A DNA stretch of 64,000 nucleotides from Octopus bimaculoides (lineage: Eukaryota): NCBI RefSeq assembly GCF_001194135.2, contig NC_068986.1, positions 46,421,147-46,485,146 on the forward strand, given 5' to 3'. Every line of letters starts with the position of its first letter. The stretch's first letter is position 1. Shown one piece after another: positions 51,481 through 64,000 of the stretch. Position numbers and translations under genes: made by a program. The notes beneath the pieces are model-generated. The model ran no database searches. It was given only the letters and a program-made list of their open reading frames with translations, and was not told the origin of the DNA.

Positions 51481-52313
51481 CTTAAGAAAATTGCTTACAT
51501 TTTGCATTTATAATCTGCTTTATACTTTCATTTATAAACCTTTCATAATCATACACTTTCAGTTGTTGTGGTGATAAACTTTTTGTGTTGTTATTGATAA
51601 TTAGAAGAATGAATCCATTTCAAATGGAACAAAATATGAAAGAAAATTAATGCAAGGTCAAACATGATTTATGTCTTAGAATTTAGCTTATAACAGAGGA
51701 CATTAACCCTTTATATATTTCTAATTTGTATTTATCAAACGTAATGTTGCAATATTCTAAGGAGATTTCATGTTCCTATCTTTGTATTTATTCTGACACA
51801 ATTACTTACTATGTAAACATTGATTTAAATTCTATAAAAATTTTATAAATTTACCCAACAGGCCACAACGTACATATCTTCTCTGATATTAAGAGCAATC
51901 TCAATGTTGAAGTGTATTTATTATGTTTGTAAATTAAACTAACACAAACAGGAAGGTAAATAAGAGAAGAACTAGAAGTGAAAAAAAAAAACGATAACAT
52001 AACAGCGTAGCTGTTAGACAGAGTAATGGAAGAGAAAATTTCAATGTGAATGCCTATACATTATATATTCAAAAATTAATGACAAAAATGCAAATAGTCG
52101 AAATAACTTAATAACTAAGTGTAAAGACAAAAAAAAGCTTGAATTGAACTGAAAACAAAAGAATGAAACTGAAGGAAGGACTCATAGTAAAATGTAATTA
52201 GAGATACAGTTTATTTAAATGTGGAACTGAAATTGAAGATTTAACTATAAGTGTGTGTATGTGCGTAATATATAACACATATACAGATAGATATACATGT
52301 GTATATGTGTGTA

Positions 52314-52353
<40 letters not shown>

Positions 52354-53155
52354 NNNNNNNNNNNNNNNNNNNNNNNNNNNNNNNNNNNNNNNNNNNNNNN
52401 NNNNNNNNNNNNNNNNNNNNNNNNNNNNNNNNNNNNNNNNNNNNNNNNNNNNNNNNNNNNNNNNNNNNNNNNNNNNNNNNNNNNATATATGTTATATTAA
52501 TACATCGTTATACTAATACATCTGTTTGTTTTCTACACCACCTGTTTTCGTCTTTTGTTTTTTTGTGAATTCTCCCTATATATGTTATATATGTATGTAT
52601 ATGTATGTATATATACGTGTGTGTGTATATATGTATATAGATATATATATGTGTGTGTGTAGTTTTTTTATTCTCTCTTAATGTACAATTTCAGATTTAA
52701 ATAAATTTTAATGATTATAAATGTGTCTGTTTATTCCTGTCATGTTTGTGTAGTTTATCATTGCTTATACTTTAAACAAGTTCTCAAATGATTAAATCTG
52801 TACAGTGTTAAAACTCACATAAATTTTGGTGGCTATATCCAGACAGTTTTGACCAAAATAGGCTCATAACTAATGACATGGGTTGGAAATTAAATCACCT
52901 ATATGCTTCCACAGACATTTATTACACAATGTATCTACATAAAGAAAAAGACTTGCTTATAATGCATAAATAATGTATTCCACAACAGCTTCTTGCATTA
53001 GAAAAAAATTGACAATTAGATGAGTTAACTATATATATATATTTGTATAGACTCATTTATATGCTCCTGTATTCAGTATGAATAAGCAGATATTTATTCT
53101 CAGAAATAGATAAAATATTTCAAAACAGCTTTTTTTTTTATGTCATCATAAGTTA

Positions 53156-53216
<61 letters not shown>

Positions 53217-53989
53217 TGCGTGCGTGCGTGCGTGTGTGTGTGCTGTTACATTAGCCCTCAGCAATCACATATTGACATTGACTTTTATTCCTTTTATCCA
53301 TGGCATGTAAAGGAGATGGAATACATATGAAGCTATTAAGTACAAATAAATCCAGTTTCATGTGCTATTAAAAATAAGGTGCATGGAACTTAGTGCTAAA
53401 TGTAAAATGTAATACCTATCAGTGAAATTGATAGGTATATAATGTTTCAGTCAGTGTACTATATATCTAATGCCTACCAAAAGATATAAGTTTGAAAGAT
53501 CTACAAACTTGGCAATATATTTGATATTGGTGTGGTTTACTGCATGACAGAGTCTTCTATATGTTATATGCGTACTATATTTTAAAAACCATATGTGTAC
53601 AGATAAAGATGTAGCTGATTATCAATTGAAATTATTAAAACATTGCCTAAAGATATTCCTAAAGGAATTTCAAAAAGAGTCAGCAGTTAATTCTACCTAT
53701 AGAAAAGATGTATTTAGGGGAGTTAAGTATTAACTATTATGCAAAATATTAGGATTTTACCAAGGTATTTCAGTGTAAATAAGAATGAATATCTTTCACA
53801 TTGTGAAAACTTGTGAGTGGTTGCAAATGAAATTTTTGTCACTGTGCTTGAGAATTTTATGGCTGCGTAAAATGTTTGTTTAAAGAAAATTTCTATGATG
53901 AAGGATATATGTATGTTGTAGGATTGATTATATCACACCAATTTTCTTTTCTGGTGTGTGACTGGGTGATTCATGATGTTCTGATAGCA

Positions 53990-54420
53990 TGGCGTTTTTT
54001 TTCAGTGAATCCTTTTGTTCTTAATGTCTTATGGTAACAGTACAAATTGCCCATGAAAATTTCTTCATTGGAAGATAATTTGGAGGTTTAAAGTGATATA
54101 TTTCTAATTTATTAGTGGCATTTTTGGAGATGGATAAGGAACCCTCAATATGCTATAATTTTTCTGAAGACTATTTATGAAAGCAGTGAATTGATTTATC
54201 TAAGTTAAGGGTGACATCTAAAAAAGTAATTAGATTTCATAGTCTTCCAGGGTAATTTTGAATCCTAATTCTCAAAAGAATTTGTAGATATTCCTTTGAA
54301 ATCAGTCCATGTTTGATGGCTGAAATTCTGGAGCACAATATGCCCATTATCATCAGGATAAATCACCAGATATTAAGGGTGTTCACATGAAATAACTTCA
54401 GTATTAAAAATCCATTTGGT
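53990..54420 (-). pseudogene. Second Penelope-like RT remnant
   Basis: Minus frames: IYPDDNGHIVLQNFS, LGFKITLE, FLDVTLNL, equivalent to the PLE YRDDG...LGLKIT...FLDVTLNL block. Confidence 0.65.
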
Positions 54421-55649
54421 AGCTCACTTCTGTTGAGTTTATCATTCTCATAGTCACATCAAAGAGTTCACTAATTTGTTTTTTATCCATGGAACATTAC
54501 TGATGAATAGAATGGATTTTCTAGCATGAAAAATTATTTCTCTATCATTAAGCTTAATAAAGGATGAAAGTTATAGTAAAGTTTATAGTAGCATTAAGGT
54601 TAGATTTAGAGATAGGTAGATGATACACACTCACACATATGTATGTATGTATGTATGTATGTGTGTGTACGTATGTGTGTGCATGCATGTGAGTGTGTCT
54701 GTGTGTGTGTCTGTGTCAAAGAACAAAGAGCAACATTAGTTTTCATTTTGGATTGAATTAAACCAATTATGGAAGTTCAATTATTCCACAGGGGTAAGCA
54801 TGATAATAATCTACTATTAGTTAAGAGACAGTTATAGATTTACTGTTCCATTGTCTGTTTTAGAATAATTTATATGTTCATATACATATCTTTCTTTTTA
54901 TTTTTTATCTTTTTACATGTTTCAGTCATTAGACTGTGGCCGTGCTGGGGTGCCACTTTGAGAAAATTGTAGTCAAATGAATTAACCCCAGTACTTTTTT
55001 AAGTCCGGTACTCATACGAACGGTCTTTTTTGCTGAACTTCAAAAAGTTACGTGGATGATAGTGGGGGACAAAGCCACACACACACACACACACACATGT
55101 ATATGATATATATAAACAGAGCAGATAAAAAAAAAGTGAAGAGAGTAGATATTTATCACATTCGTTTACACACACACACACACACACACATNNNNNNNNN
55201 NNNNNNNNNNNNNNNNNNNNNNNNNNNNNNNNNNNNNNNNNNNNNNNNNNNNNNNNNNNNNNNNNNNNNNNNNNNNNNNNNNNNNNNNNNNNNNNNNNNN
55301 NNNNNNNNNNNNNNNNNNNNNNNNNNNNNNNNNNNNNNNNNNNNNNNNNNNNNNNNNNNNNNNNNNNNNNNNNNNNNNNNNNNNNNNNNNNNNNNNNNNN
55401 NNNNNNNNNNNNNNNNNNNNNNNNNNNNNNNNNNNNNNNNNNNNNNNNNNNNNNNNNNNNNNNNNNNNNNNNNNNNNNNNNNNNNNNNNNNNNNNNNNNN
55501 NNNNNNNNNNNNNNNNNNNNNNNNNNNNNNNNNNNNNNNNNNNNNNNNNNNNNNNNNNNNNNNNNNNNNNNNNNNNNNNNNNNNCACACACATTATTGAA
55601 ATAAAAAGTTTCCCCAAAATTCAACATATACAAACATATATATTGTATG

Positions 55650-55681
<32 letters not shown>

Positions 55682-56149
55682 GTATTGAAATAAAAACGTT
55701 TCCCCAAAATTAAACATATTTATAGAAACTGACACACACCAAACATGCACACATATATACTTACAATTTACCCACATACATACTCTCACAGACACACAAA
55801 TATTTTACCTGAATGTCCCCATAAACACTCCCAAACAGTCACATACAAATGTGAATTGACCCTTACACTAAAAATACAATAAGTTTCTTCAAATCCAGTG
55901 GCTAACCAAAGTCGGGTTTATCTTTTGATATCTTGGGTTGCTAAAGTGTCGAAAGTATGTTTTTTTCTTTTTTTAAAAAGACCATGTGGATTTTTTAAAA
56001 AGACATCATGGAGACAATCTTTATGAAATGTCGCAGTTTAGAATGTGGCCCTTTGAGCACAGGGCTCCTTTTGGTGCAGAGCCTGATTGGGAGAAATCGG
56101 TCCAATCAGCTTTAGGTAGGCCCTGAGTGTAGCTATACATCTATACACA

Positions 56150-56860
56150 CTTCTCTCACATATCTTGATTTTCTCTGTTATGTTATTGCCTTGCAATCCA
56201 GAACACTTCATGTTTCAATCTTTATATAGTAGAAACCTCTCACTTTCTATTTCTCTCCTTGCTAAACGAACCTGTTGCCTAGTTTCTCCTTAAGCTACCT
56301 CATGTAATTCTCTGCTATCCTATTTCTTCCAATTTTTCTAAGCCTGTCTCCTAACTTTTTTGGCTCTGTCTACTTCCCTGTTCTATCACATTACCCATGG
56401 TCTAGCTAGAACTTTGCAGTTGTAACAGATTTAGTATGCAGCTCTCAATAGGTTGTCCTCTGAGAACTGATAGTTGTCCTCTTTGTTATATGTCTCTATC
56501 TCATTCTTCTTCTCTTTAAATGCTTGAACTAGTACTTCTCTAAATCTCTAACTGTTGGATGGATCTTTGTACTTGTATATCTTTCTTTTCCAGACTGGTT
56601 TGTATTTCTGAGTTCTTATAGCTCTATGCCTAAAGTTACTAACCAAAGCTCTATGCTGCATGGTACATTCTTTACTAGGAAAGAATTTTGCATTTACAAC
56701 CATCTGTCTTGTCTCACTTTCTGGTGGGATAGTCAATCTGGTTTGTATGCTTAACAGGTTTGTAAGTGATAGGAGACTGGCTGGTTTCCTGAAATTAACG
56801 TTGCAGATCATCGGGTCATTTGCTTCATAGAGCTTCATAAACCACACACGCTCACAAAAT
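56150..56860 (-). pseudogene. RTE LINE remnant (endonuclease C-terminus and linker)
   Basis: ORF 56548-57003 contains EANDPMICNVNFRKPAS...NAKFFPSKECTMQHRALVSNFR...WKRKIYKYKDPSN; its N-terminus is microsatellite. Confidence 0.8.
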
Positions 56861-57621
56861 TTGTACATATATATATAAATATATATGCATATACATATAT
56901 CTGCATATGCACACACAATATGTATGTGTATATATGTGTGCATGGTTTTGTGTGTATTTGTGTGCCTGTATGTAGGTATAAATCCACATATATGCACATA
57001 CACACAGAGGCCTTACTGAAAGTAATGCAAAAGTGGAATGACTCTTTCATTCACAGACATAGATTGTTCAAATTGCACAAATTATAAGATTAACTCTTCT
57101 TCTGTAGTAAGTCTTCTGCATTGCTGACATATACTTGGTCAAAGAAGAAATGAAATGTCTTTATTGAGTACTGGATGAAGGTAGTTTATGAGATATGCAT
57201 AGACAGATGAAAAAATCACAGTGTATGACCATCAACACTGATATGAATCATTAGTGAGTTCAACTGATTCATGCAGGGAGATGAGCTGACTGCTCAAGTA
57301 TTACTCTGATTACAATGTATTACAGAAAATGGTACAAATCTGTAGGTATTAAAAACTGTGCAAACTGTATACGTTGGTGGAGAAATGAAGGAGAGAAAGG
57401 GGGACGTCTTCATATATATATATATACATATACACATGATTATATACATATATACTCAAAGCAAAATATGCTGAATAAGTCAATCCCATTATAGCTTTCA
57501 AAAAATAACTGTTAAAATAAANNNNNNNNNNNNNNNNNNNNNNNNNNNNNNNNNNNNNNNNNNNNNNNNNNNNNNNNNNNNNNNNNNNNNNNNNNNNNNN
57601 NNNNNNNNNNNNNNNNNNNNN

Positions 57622-57819
57622 TATATATATATACACATATATATATATATACATATACTTGTATATATACAAATATATGCACATACATATATACATGTAT
57701 ACAAATATATATATATCTATTTATATATACATATACATCCAGACCCCACCCTTGCTTTCCCCACTCTAACCTCTCTCCCTCCCAACATCATCACACCACA
57801 CCACAATATATTGATATGC

Positions 57820-57851
<32 letters not shown>

Positions 57852-58044
57852 ATATATACACACATATATATATGTATGTATATGGATGTATGTTTATATA
57901 TATATATATATCCAGTTAATGATTTTGAATGTGAAATTTAAATTAGTGGATCTGAGGAGGCAGCTGGAATAACCATGATGAACTCTGACCTCTTGGGCTT
58001 AAATACACTTTTGTATTCTTTACTCACTAATTATATGCATGCAC

Positions 58045-58084
<40 letters not shown>

Positions 58085-58440
58085 ACTTAAAGACACATTT
58101 ATGAATAAACTTGCCTATATGCATATATATATATATATATATACGCATTTATACATATATTTTATTTTCATAAAGAATATAAATATTCTTATGCACATAT
58201 ATATGAATATATACATAAGAATCTACAAGTACATAATATGCACACATACATGTAATTATGTACATATACACACATACACATATATATACACACATATTCA
58301 AAAACACATGAATATCTATCTATCTATCTCTTACACATATTTATATATGTATACACACACAGAAAGCTATGAATATATTTTTACACATTTACACGCAGTA
58401 GCATATGCAAATATATATAATATTTATCTGATCCATGTTT
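57622..58440. repeat. Compound AT/CA low-complexity block
   Basis: Seen directly. Confidence 0.9.
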
Positions 58441-58937
58441 GCTTGTGTTGAACAATGTTTATGGAAGTCAATGCCCTTCCAGATGCCAACCCGCACCTAT
58501 CACCAAGCAAGATCATACTTTCATATAGCTAGATATGTTTCTGTAGAACATTAAAAATAGATAACACTGCCTGTATGACAGTGGCACTTATTTACAACTA
58601 CCTTACAGCTATGAACAAAGACATGGATATACAACTTGAAACACATATACAATATTAACACATATGCAATATTAATAAAATACAGAATACATATAAATAT
58701 CTGGTATTTTAATAATATTATTATTTGACATGTATTACACACACTAGTCTCTCCTGTGGTTTGATGCCCCACATTTATTACACCACACTAGATATAGTAG
58801 TGAGATGTGAATCCTGCTTGTGATCCTGACTTTTGATTATGTGATGTGTTTAGAGCACAGGCATATTGTATACAAAGATGGATATATATTCATACTTAGA
58901 CAAGTATGGATAAGATGTATCTGAATATATATCTAAA

Positions 58938-59356
58938 TGACTGGCTGTGTGGTAAGTACCTTGCTTACCAACCACATGGTTTCGGGTTCATTCCCACTGC
59001 GTGGCACCTTGGGCAAATGTCTTCTACTATAGCCTTGGGCTGACCAAAGCCTTGTGAGTGGATTTGGTAGACGGAAACTGAAAGAAGCCCGTCGTATATA
59101 TATATATTCAGATACNNNNNNNNNNATATATATGTATGTGTGTATATGTTTGTGTCTCTGTGTTTGTCCCCACAACATCGCTTGACAACCGATGGTGGTG
59201 TGTTTAGGTCCCCATAACTTAGCAGTTCGGCAAAAGAGACCGGTAGAATAAGTACTAGGCATCCAAAGAATAGGTCCTGGGGTCGATTTGCTCGACTAAA
59301 GGCAGTGCTCCAGCATGACCGCAGTCAAATGACTGAAATAAGTAAAAGAGTAAAGA
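58938..59356 (+). mobile_element. SINE family A (N10 gap inside its microsatellite)
   Basis: High-identity head, CORE-like block and tail. Confidence 0.92.
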
Positions 59357-59364
59357 GAGAGAGA

Positions 59365-59397
<33 letters not shown>

Positions 59398-59602
59398 TAG
59401 ATAGATATATTCATATACATCTTATTCATACTTGTCTATGCATGAATATACATATGTCTTTGTATACAATATGTGTACGTGAAACAGTATATAAACATAT
59501 ATATATATATGTGGATGAAATATATATATATATATAAGGATACTATTGTTTATAATATCAGTGGCATAGCATGCGTAAAAAACCATAAAGGTAAAGTTAT
59601 CA

Positions 59603-59910
59603 ATTAATAATTAAGGGATCTACAGACAGTACCAGCATGCTAAAATATCAGTCAACATTACTCAAACCACAAATTTTCATTTAAAAAAAAAGGTGAAGGT
59701 GGGCAAATGAACAAAACCTCTAAGGGCCCATACCAATGACAAAAAAAATCGAAAACAACTGAAATAATTTCATCATTGTTATGGGGTCTTAGAGCTTTTG
59801 TTCATTTGCCCCACCTTCACCTTTGTTTTTAAGTGGAAATTTATGGTTTGAGTCATTTTGACTGCTATCTTAGCATGCTGGTACTGTCTGTAGTACCCTT
59901 AATTATTAAT
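59603..59910. mobile_element. Foldback MITE, ~137-bp arms, 33-nt loop, TTAA|GGG...CCC|TTAA
   Basis: 59603-59739 aligns to the reverse complement of 59773-59910 with scattered mismatches. Confidence 0.9.
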
Positions 59911-59928
59911 GTATATATATATATATAT

Positions 59929-60377
59929 AAAGCTAATCAATACGTATCCAGACTGTTGCCATAGTAATGAAGCTAAAGCTGCATAGTGAAGTCGCTTGGC
60001 ATAGTTTGATCTTGAACTCTGCTGTGCGTGTGCACTAAGTCTCCTAAAGCGTTCATGAATATCAACATTTTTTTGGCCATCTTGGAAATGTCTGAACCAC
60101 TTGTACATTTGTATGCTGCTCATTCACTCTGCTCCATACACTTTCTGCAACTTTGCTTAGGTTTCTGAGCAGGTATTGCCATGATAACTTTCTCTGTCAT
60201 GGTCAATGCGACGATCACATGCTACACACATTCCTTCCAAGCACTGCTGTAAACAGCGGAAGTGAGCTAGAACATTAAAACTTAGTGAGCACACACAGCA
60301 GAGTTCAAGATCAAACTGTGGCATGCTTTAGCTTTGTTACAATAGCAACAATCCAGATACTTATTGATCAGCCCTCG
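59929..60377 (-). mobile_element. Internally deleted mariner derivative with ~100-bp TIRs
   Basis: Right end TA|CGAGGGCTGATCAATAAGTATC on minus strand, with a matching inverted block at 59935-60040. Interior encodes HTH fragment MSSIQMYKWFRHFQDGQKNVDIHER. Confidence 0.85.
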
Positions 60378-60619
60378 TATACCATTTATTCTCAAGAACC
60401 AATAAAATCAAGGTATTTTAATAACAAAGGTATCAATGTCGAGTCAGGGATACCATACCTGCACACTAGCAGTGTGTACCAATACTCATGTACTTAGTTA
60501 TGCTTACATTCATTAGTATAGACCAAATGCACCTAATGTATACATAAAATAACACGAGTATACTCTGACATGTAATTCATGGTCCACTGTAGGTTCAAGA
60601 TGCAATGCAGGGAAGGTTA

Positions 60620-60970
60620 AGAGTGTGATGCAGTATGATTAACACAGATGGGCTGAAGTTTACTACAACTGTTTCAGATAACCCATCAAGCCAAGCAAAA
60701 TTGCAGGTATGGCAGATACCGGTGTCATGCAAATTGCCACCCATGCTGGTGGCATGTAAAAGCACCCCAGTGTTATGCAAATGGCACCTGTGCTGGTGGC
60801 ATGTAAAAGCACCCATTACACTCTCGGAGTGGTTGGCATTTCGAAGGGCATCCAGCCATAGAAAACCATGCCAAATCAGACTGGAATCTGGTACAACATT
60901 CCATCTTGGAAGACTGCACCAGACTCCCATGCCAGCATGGACAATGGATATCAAATGACGATGATGATAA
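60620..60970 (+). mobile_element. RTE-type 3' tail repeat with an internal ~49-bp tandem duplication
   Basis: 'tgctggtggcatgtaaaagcaccc' twice; ends in (GAT)n. Confidence 0.75.
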
Positions 60971-61196
60971 AGATATATATATACATATATATAATAGAAA
61001 TATGTCACAAAAACAAAATAGAAACTACACGTGGAAATGTAAGGGGAAAGTAAGCAGAAAAATAAGTGAAAATGCACATTGGAAATCAAAAAAAGTAAAG
61101 GCTTTTTATGAAAAGTAACGGTAGATATATATAATTGGATGAACTGAGGCAGGAATAAAAGTAATAAAAGTCATTATTGTGAGTTGTTAAAGAGAT

Positions 61197-61412
61197 TCAA
61201 AAGCATACCGGTATCGTAATATTACTAATTATTGCTTTGAATGCACACCGAATACTGAACGGTGTCAGGTCGATTAGTCCCTTAGTAAAAAGATTATGTG
61301 TAAGGGAGGTAAGTAGTTCTGGATTTGGTGCAATTAGGGTAGATCTAGATCTGTAATGTGAATGGTGTATGGGGATTAGTGGTATTAAATGGAAGATTAA
61401 TAGTGTTCTATA
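61197..61412 (-). pseudogene. Possible LINE ORF2 C-terminal remnant
   Basis: Stop-free stretch ..LLTSLTHNLFTKGLIDLTPFSIRCAFKAIISNITIPVCF*; weak recalled resemblance to L1/Tx1 C-termini only. Confidence 0.25.
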
Positions 61413-61529
61413 TTATTTTAAGTATTCATATTTAGTTGAGGAAGATATTTATTAATGAAAATTGCCTCTTTATTATTCATTCTTTGTTGTGTACACACAC
61501 ACACACATACATATATATATAAATATCAT

Positions 61530-61812
61530 GACTCTGTGGTTAGAATTTTGCTTCCCAACCACATGATACTGGATTCAGTCCCACTGCACAGTACTTTGGG
61601 CAAAGTGTCTTCTACTATAGCCTTGGGCTGACCAAAGCCTCATGACTGGATTTGGTAGATGGAAACCGAAAGAAGACCACCATAAAAGAGACCAATAGAA
61701 TATGTACCAGCCTTGAAAATAAGAACTAGGGTCGATTAGTATGCCTGAAATTCCTGAAGGCGGTGGCCCAGCATAGCTGCAGTCTAATGACTGAAACAAG
61801 TAAAAGAATAAA
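61530..61812 (+). mobile_element. SINE family A lacking the central microsatellite segment
   Basis: Head/CORE half joins directly ('gaaagaagaccac|cataaaagagacc') to the 3' half. Confidence 0.8.
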
Positions 61813-62116
61813 GGAATATATATATATAAATATGTGTGTGTGTATGTGTGTGTAAGTATGTATATACATAAATAATATATTTGTGATAATATATATAATA
61901 ATATATAATGAAATGATACATACATATGTGTGATTATATGAATATATATATATATATATATATATAGATAGATAATGAAATGATATATATATATATATGC
62001 ATGTGATTATATATATATATATACACATATATATAAATATATATATATATAAATAATATTTTTATAAACAAACCTGGAGAATAAATATCATCATGATATA
62101 TATTATATACAGTTAG

Positions 62117-62147
<31 letters not shown>

Positions 62148-62149
62148 TT

Positions 62150-62434
62150 ATTCTTTTACTTGTTTCAGTCATTTGACTGCGGCCATGCTGGAGCACCACC
62201 TTGAGTCAAGCAAGTTAACCCAAGGACTTATTTATTGTAAGCCTAGAATTTACTTTATTGATCCATTTTGCTGAACCGCTAAGTTATGGGTACGTAAACA
62301 CACCAGCATTGGTTGTCAAGCGATGGTGGGGAGACAAACACAGACACACAAACACACACACATATATATACGACGGGCTTCTTTCAGTTTCCGTCTACCA
62401 AATTCACTCACAAGGCTTTGGTTGGCCCAAGGCT
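62150..62434 (-). mobile_element. SINE family A, 5'-truncated
   Basis: Tail and middle intact; stops at 'ggcccaaggctata' with the head missing. Confidence 0.88.
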
Positions 62435-63149
62435 ATATTTCACAATGTTCTATTAATTTTTAACTCCTCTCTCTCACTAACATTTAACACTACTTTCCAA
62501 TTTACCTCTTATTACCTATTTTGCAAACATTGTCCATCTAATCTCTCAGTTACAGTGCTCTGCAACTCCAATATAATGTCTTTCTTGATACAACCCAAGC
62601 TGATATAGCAGAGTAACAGCTACCTAATTCTTCTTATTACTGATGTTACTTTGTCCCACTTACCTTCACAGAAATCCTTCACATTACTCTTTTATTCTTC
62701 TCAGTGCCCATTATTCACAACACAGGGCTGTTCACTCTATTATTTTCTCCTTTACCATTCTTCGGAATGAATATCAGAATGATATTTATATCTCTCCTCA
62801 TATAGGTTTTATATCTCAATGAATTTATATCTCTCATCATATAGGGTTTCTTTCCTTTACAAGCTGCAAGGTAACACCAACAGTATTGTTGATTCAGAAA
62901 GCACACCGTACTTTCTCTAAATTGCTGGTATTCAATTCTAACAATTCAAGCAATGGGTCACAGGGCTTGAGAGAACTGAGCACAGAGCAACCAGCATAGT
63001 GCTGGCACCACAAAAATAAAACTGCACCAAGAAGACTCCGTAAAGTGGTTGGAGTTGCAAGTATCCAGGCAAAGAAATCATGCCAGAACATGGCATTGAT
63101 GTAAAATAGCATTCAAAGGCCACACTGAATTGCACTAAACTGTCTTAGC

Positions 63150-63351
63150 AATGCCACCATGGGAAATCGTTGTAAAATTTGGATTTATAATTGACTACAT
63201 ACGGGCATGAACACACACATAAAAGTATACATATATGCTTAAGTACAGACTTGTGTGTCTGTGTATGCATATATATATACACACATACATATATGCATAT
63301 ATATATAAACATATATCTATTCATATGTGTGTGCATATATTTTTACATATA

Positions 63352-63416
<65 letters not shown>

Positions 63417-63957
63417 GTATACTAAGCATATATATGTGTATGTGTATATATTTATATATATGTATAGATATGTTTGCATGTATGTATATATATATTTATA
63501 TGTATATATCTATATCTATATGTATGTATGTATGTATCTATCTATCTATATATATGTATATATATATCCATATGCATATATATTGTGTGTGCACATGTAA
63601 TGGTATAATACCCTATATTTTTTTATATATGCAAGCACATTGAGCCTTATATATGTATATATATATTTCTACATACACATGCATGTATACACAAAAAGAT
63701 ACATGCAGATAGATAGATATCAAGTATGTACACATTTATATTACATACCTGCAATATACATAAATAAATAAATGTATATGCAGTATAATACAATATGTAT
63801 GTATATATATTGTACATACATACATATACATATATATATTATACACATATATATATGGATATATATATATATGCGCATAAATAAATATATGTATATATAG
63901 ATATACATGCATGTAAATAAATGTATATATATGTGTGTGCGCGTGTGTGTGTGTAAA

Positions 63958-64000
<43 letters not shown>
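63150..64000. repeat. Compound (TA)/(TG)/(TATG) microsatellite block
   Basis: Seen directly. Confidence 0.95.

Noticed and set aside
53895-53984. C/D-box-like pair (ATGATGA...CTGA)
   Set aside because: Only a 3-bp terminal stem, no recognisable rRNA guide, adjacent to a Penelope remnant.
55595-55719. 35-bp direct repeat beside a gap
   Set aside because: Short, embedded in microsatellite next to an N-run; probably local slippage or assembly noise.

Overview
Eukaryotic, strongly AT-rich, repeat-dominated DNA from a gapped draft assembly (six N-runs). The (TA)n/(CA)n microsatellite load and the SINE repertoire (tRNA-headed CORE-like and Meta-like families, RTE-type (GAT)n tails) point to an octopod cephalopod (Octopus-like); this is inferred from recalled repeat sequences, not a search. 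I can support no complete protein-coding gene, genuine tRNA/rRNA, operon or CRISPR array. Nearly all supplied ORFs are microsatellite, N-gap or transposon artefacts. Recognisable content: decayed mariner, RTE, Penelope-like and L1/Tx1-like elements, several SINE families, TTAA-flanked MITEs and foldback elements. The window reads like a large intron or intergenic region. The best host-gene signal is an isolated 42-nt minus-strand micro-exon candidate (18355-18396). Most worth checking: a TIR-bounded element with an intact 79-aa repeat-containing ORF of unknown origin (7834-8269), the micro-exon, a permuted templated copy (22930-23031), a ~137-bp-arm foldback next to a long-TIR mariner derivative (59603-60377), and closely spaced inverted repeat pairs that could form dsRNA. 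I found no convincing evidence of a large novel biological system.
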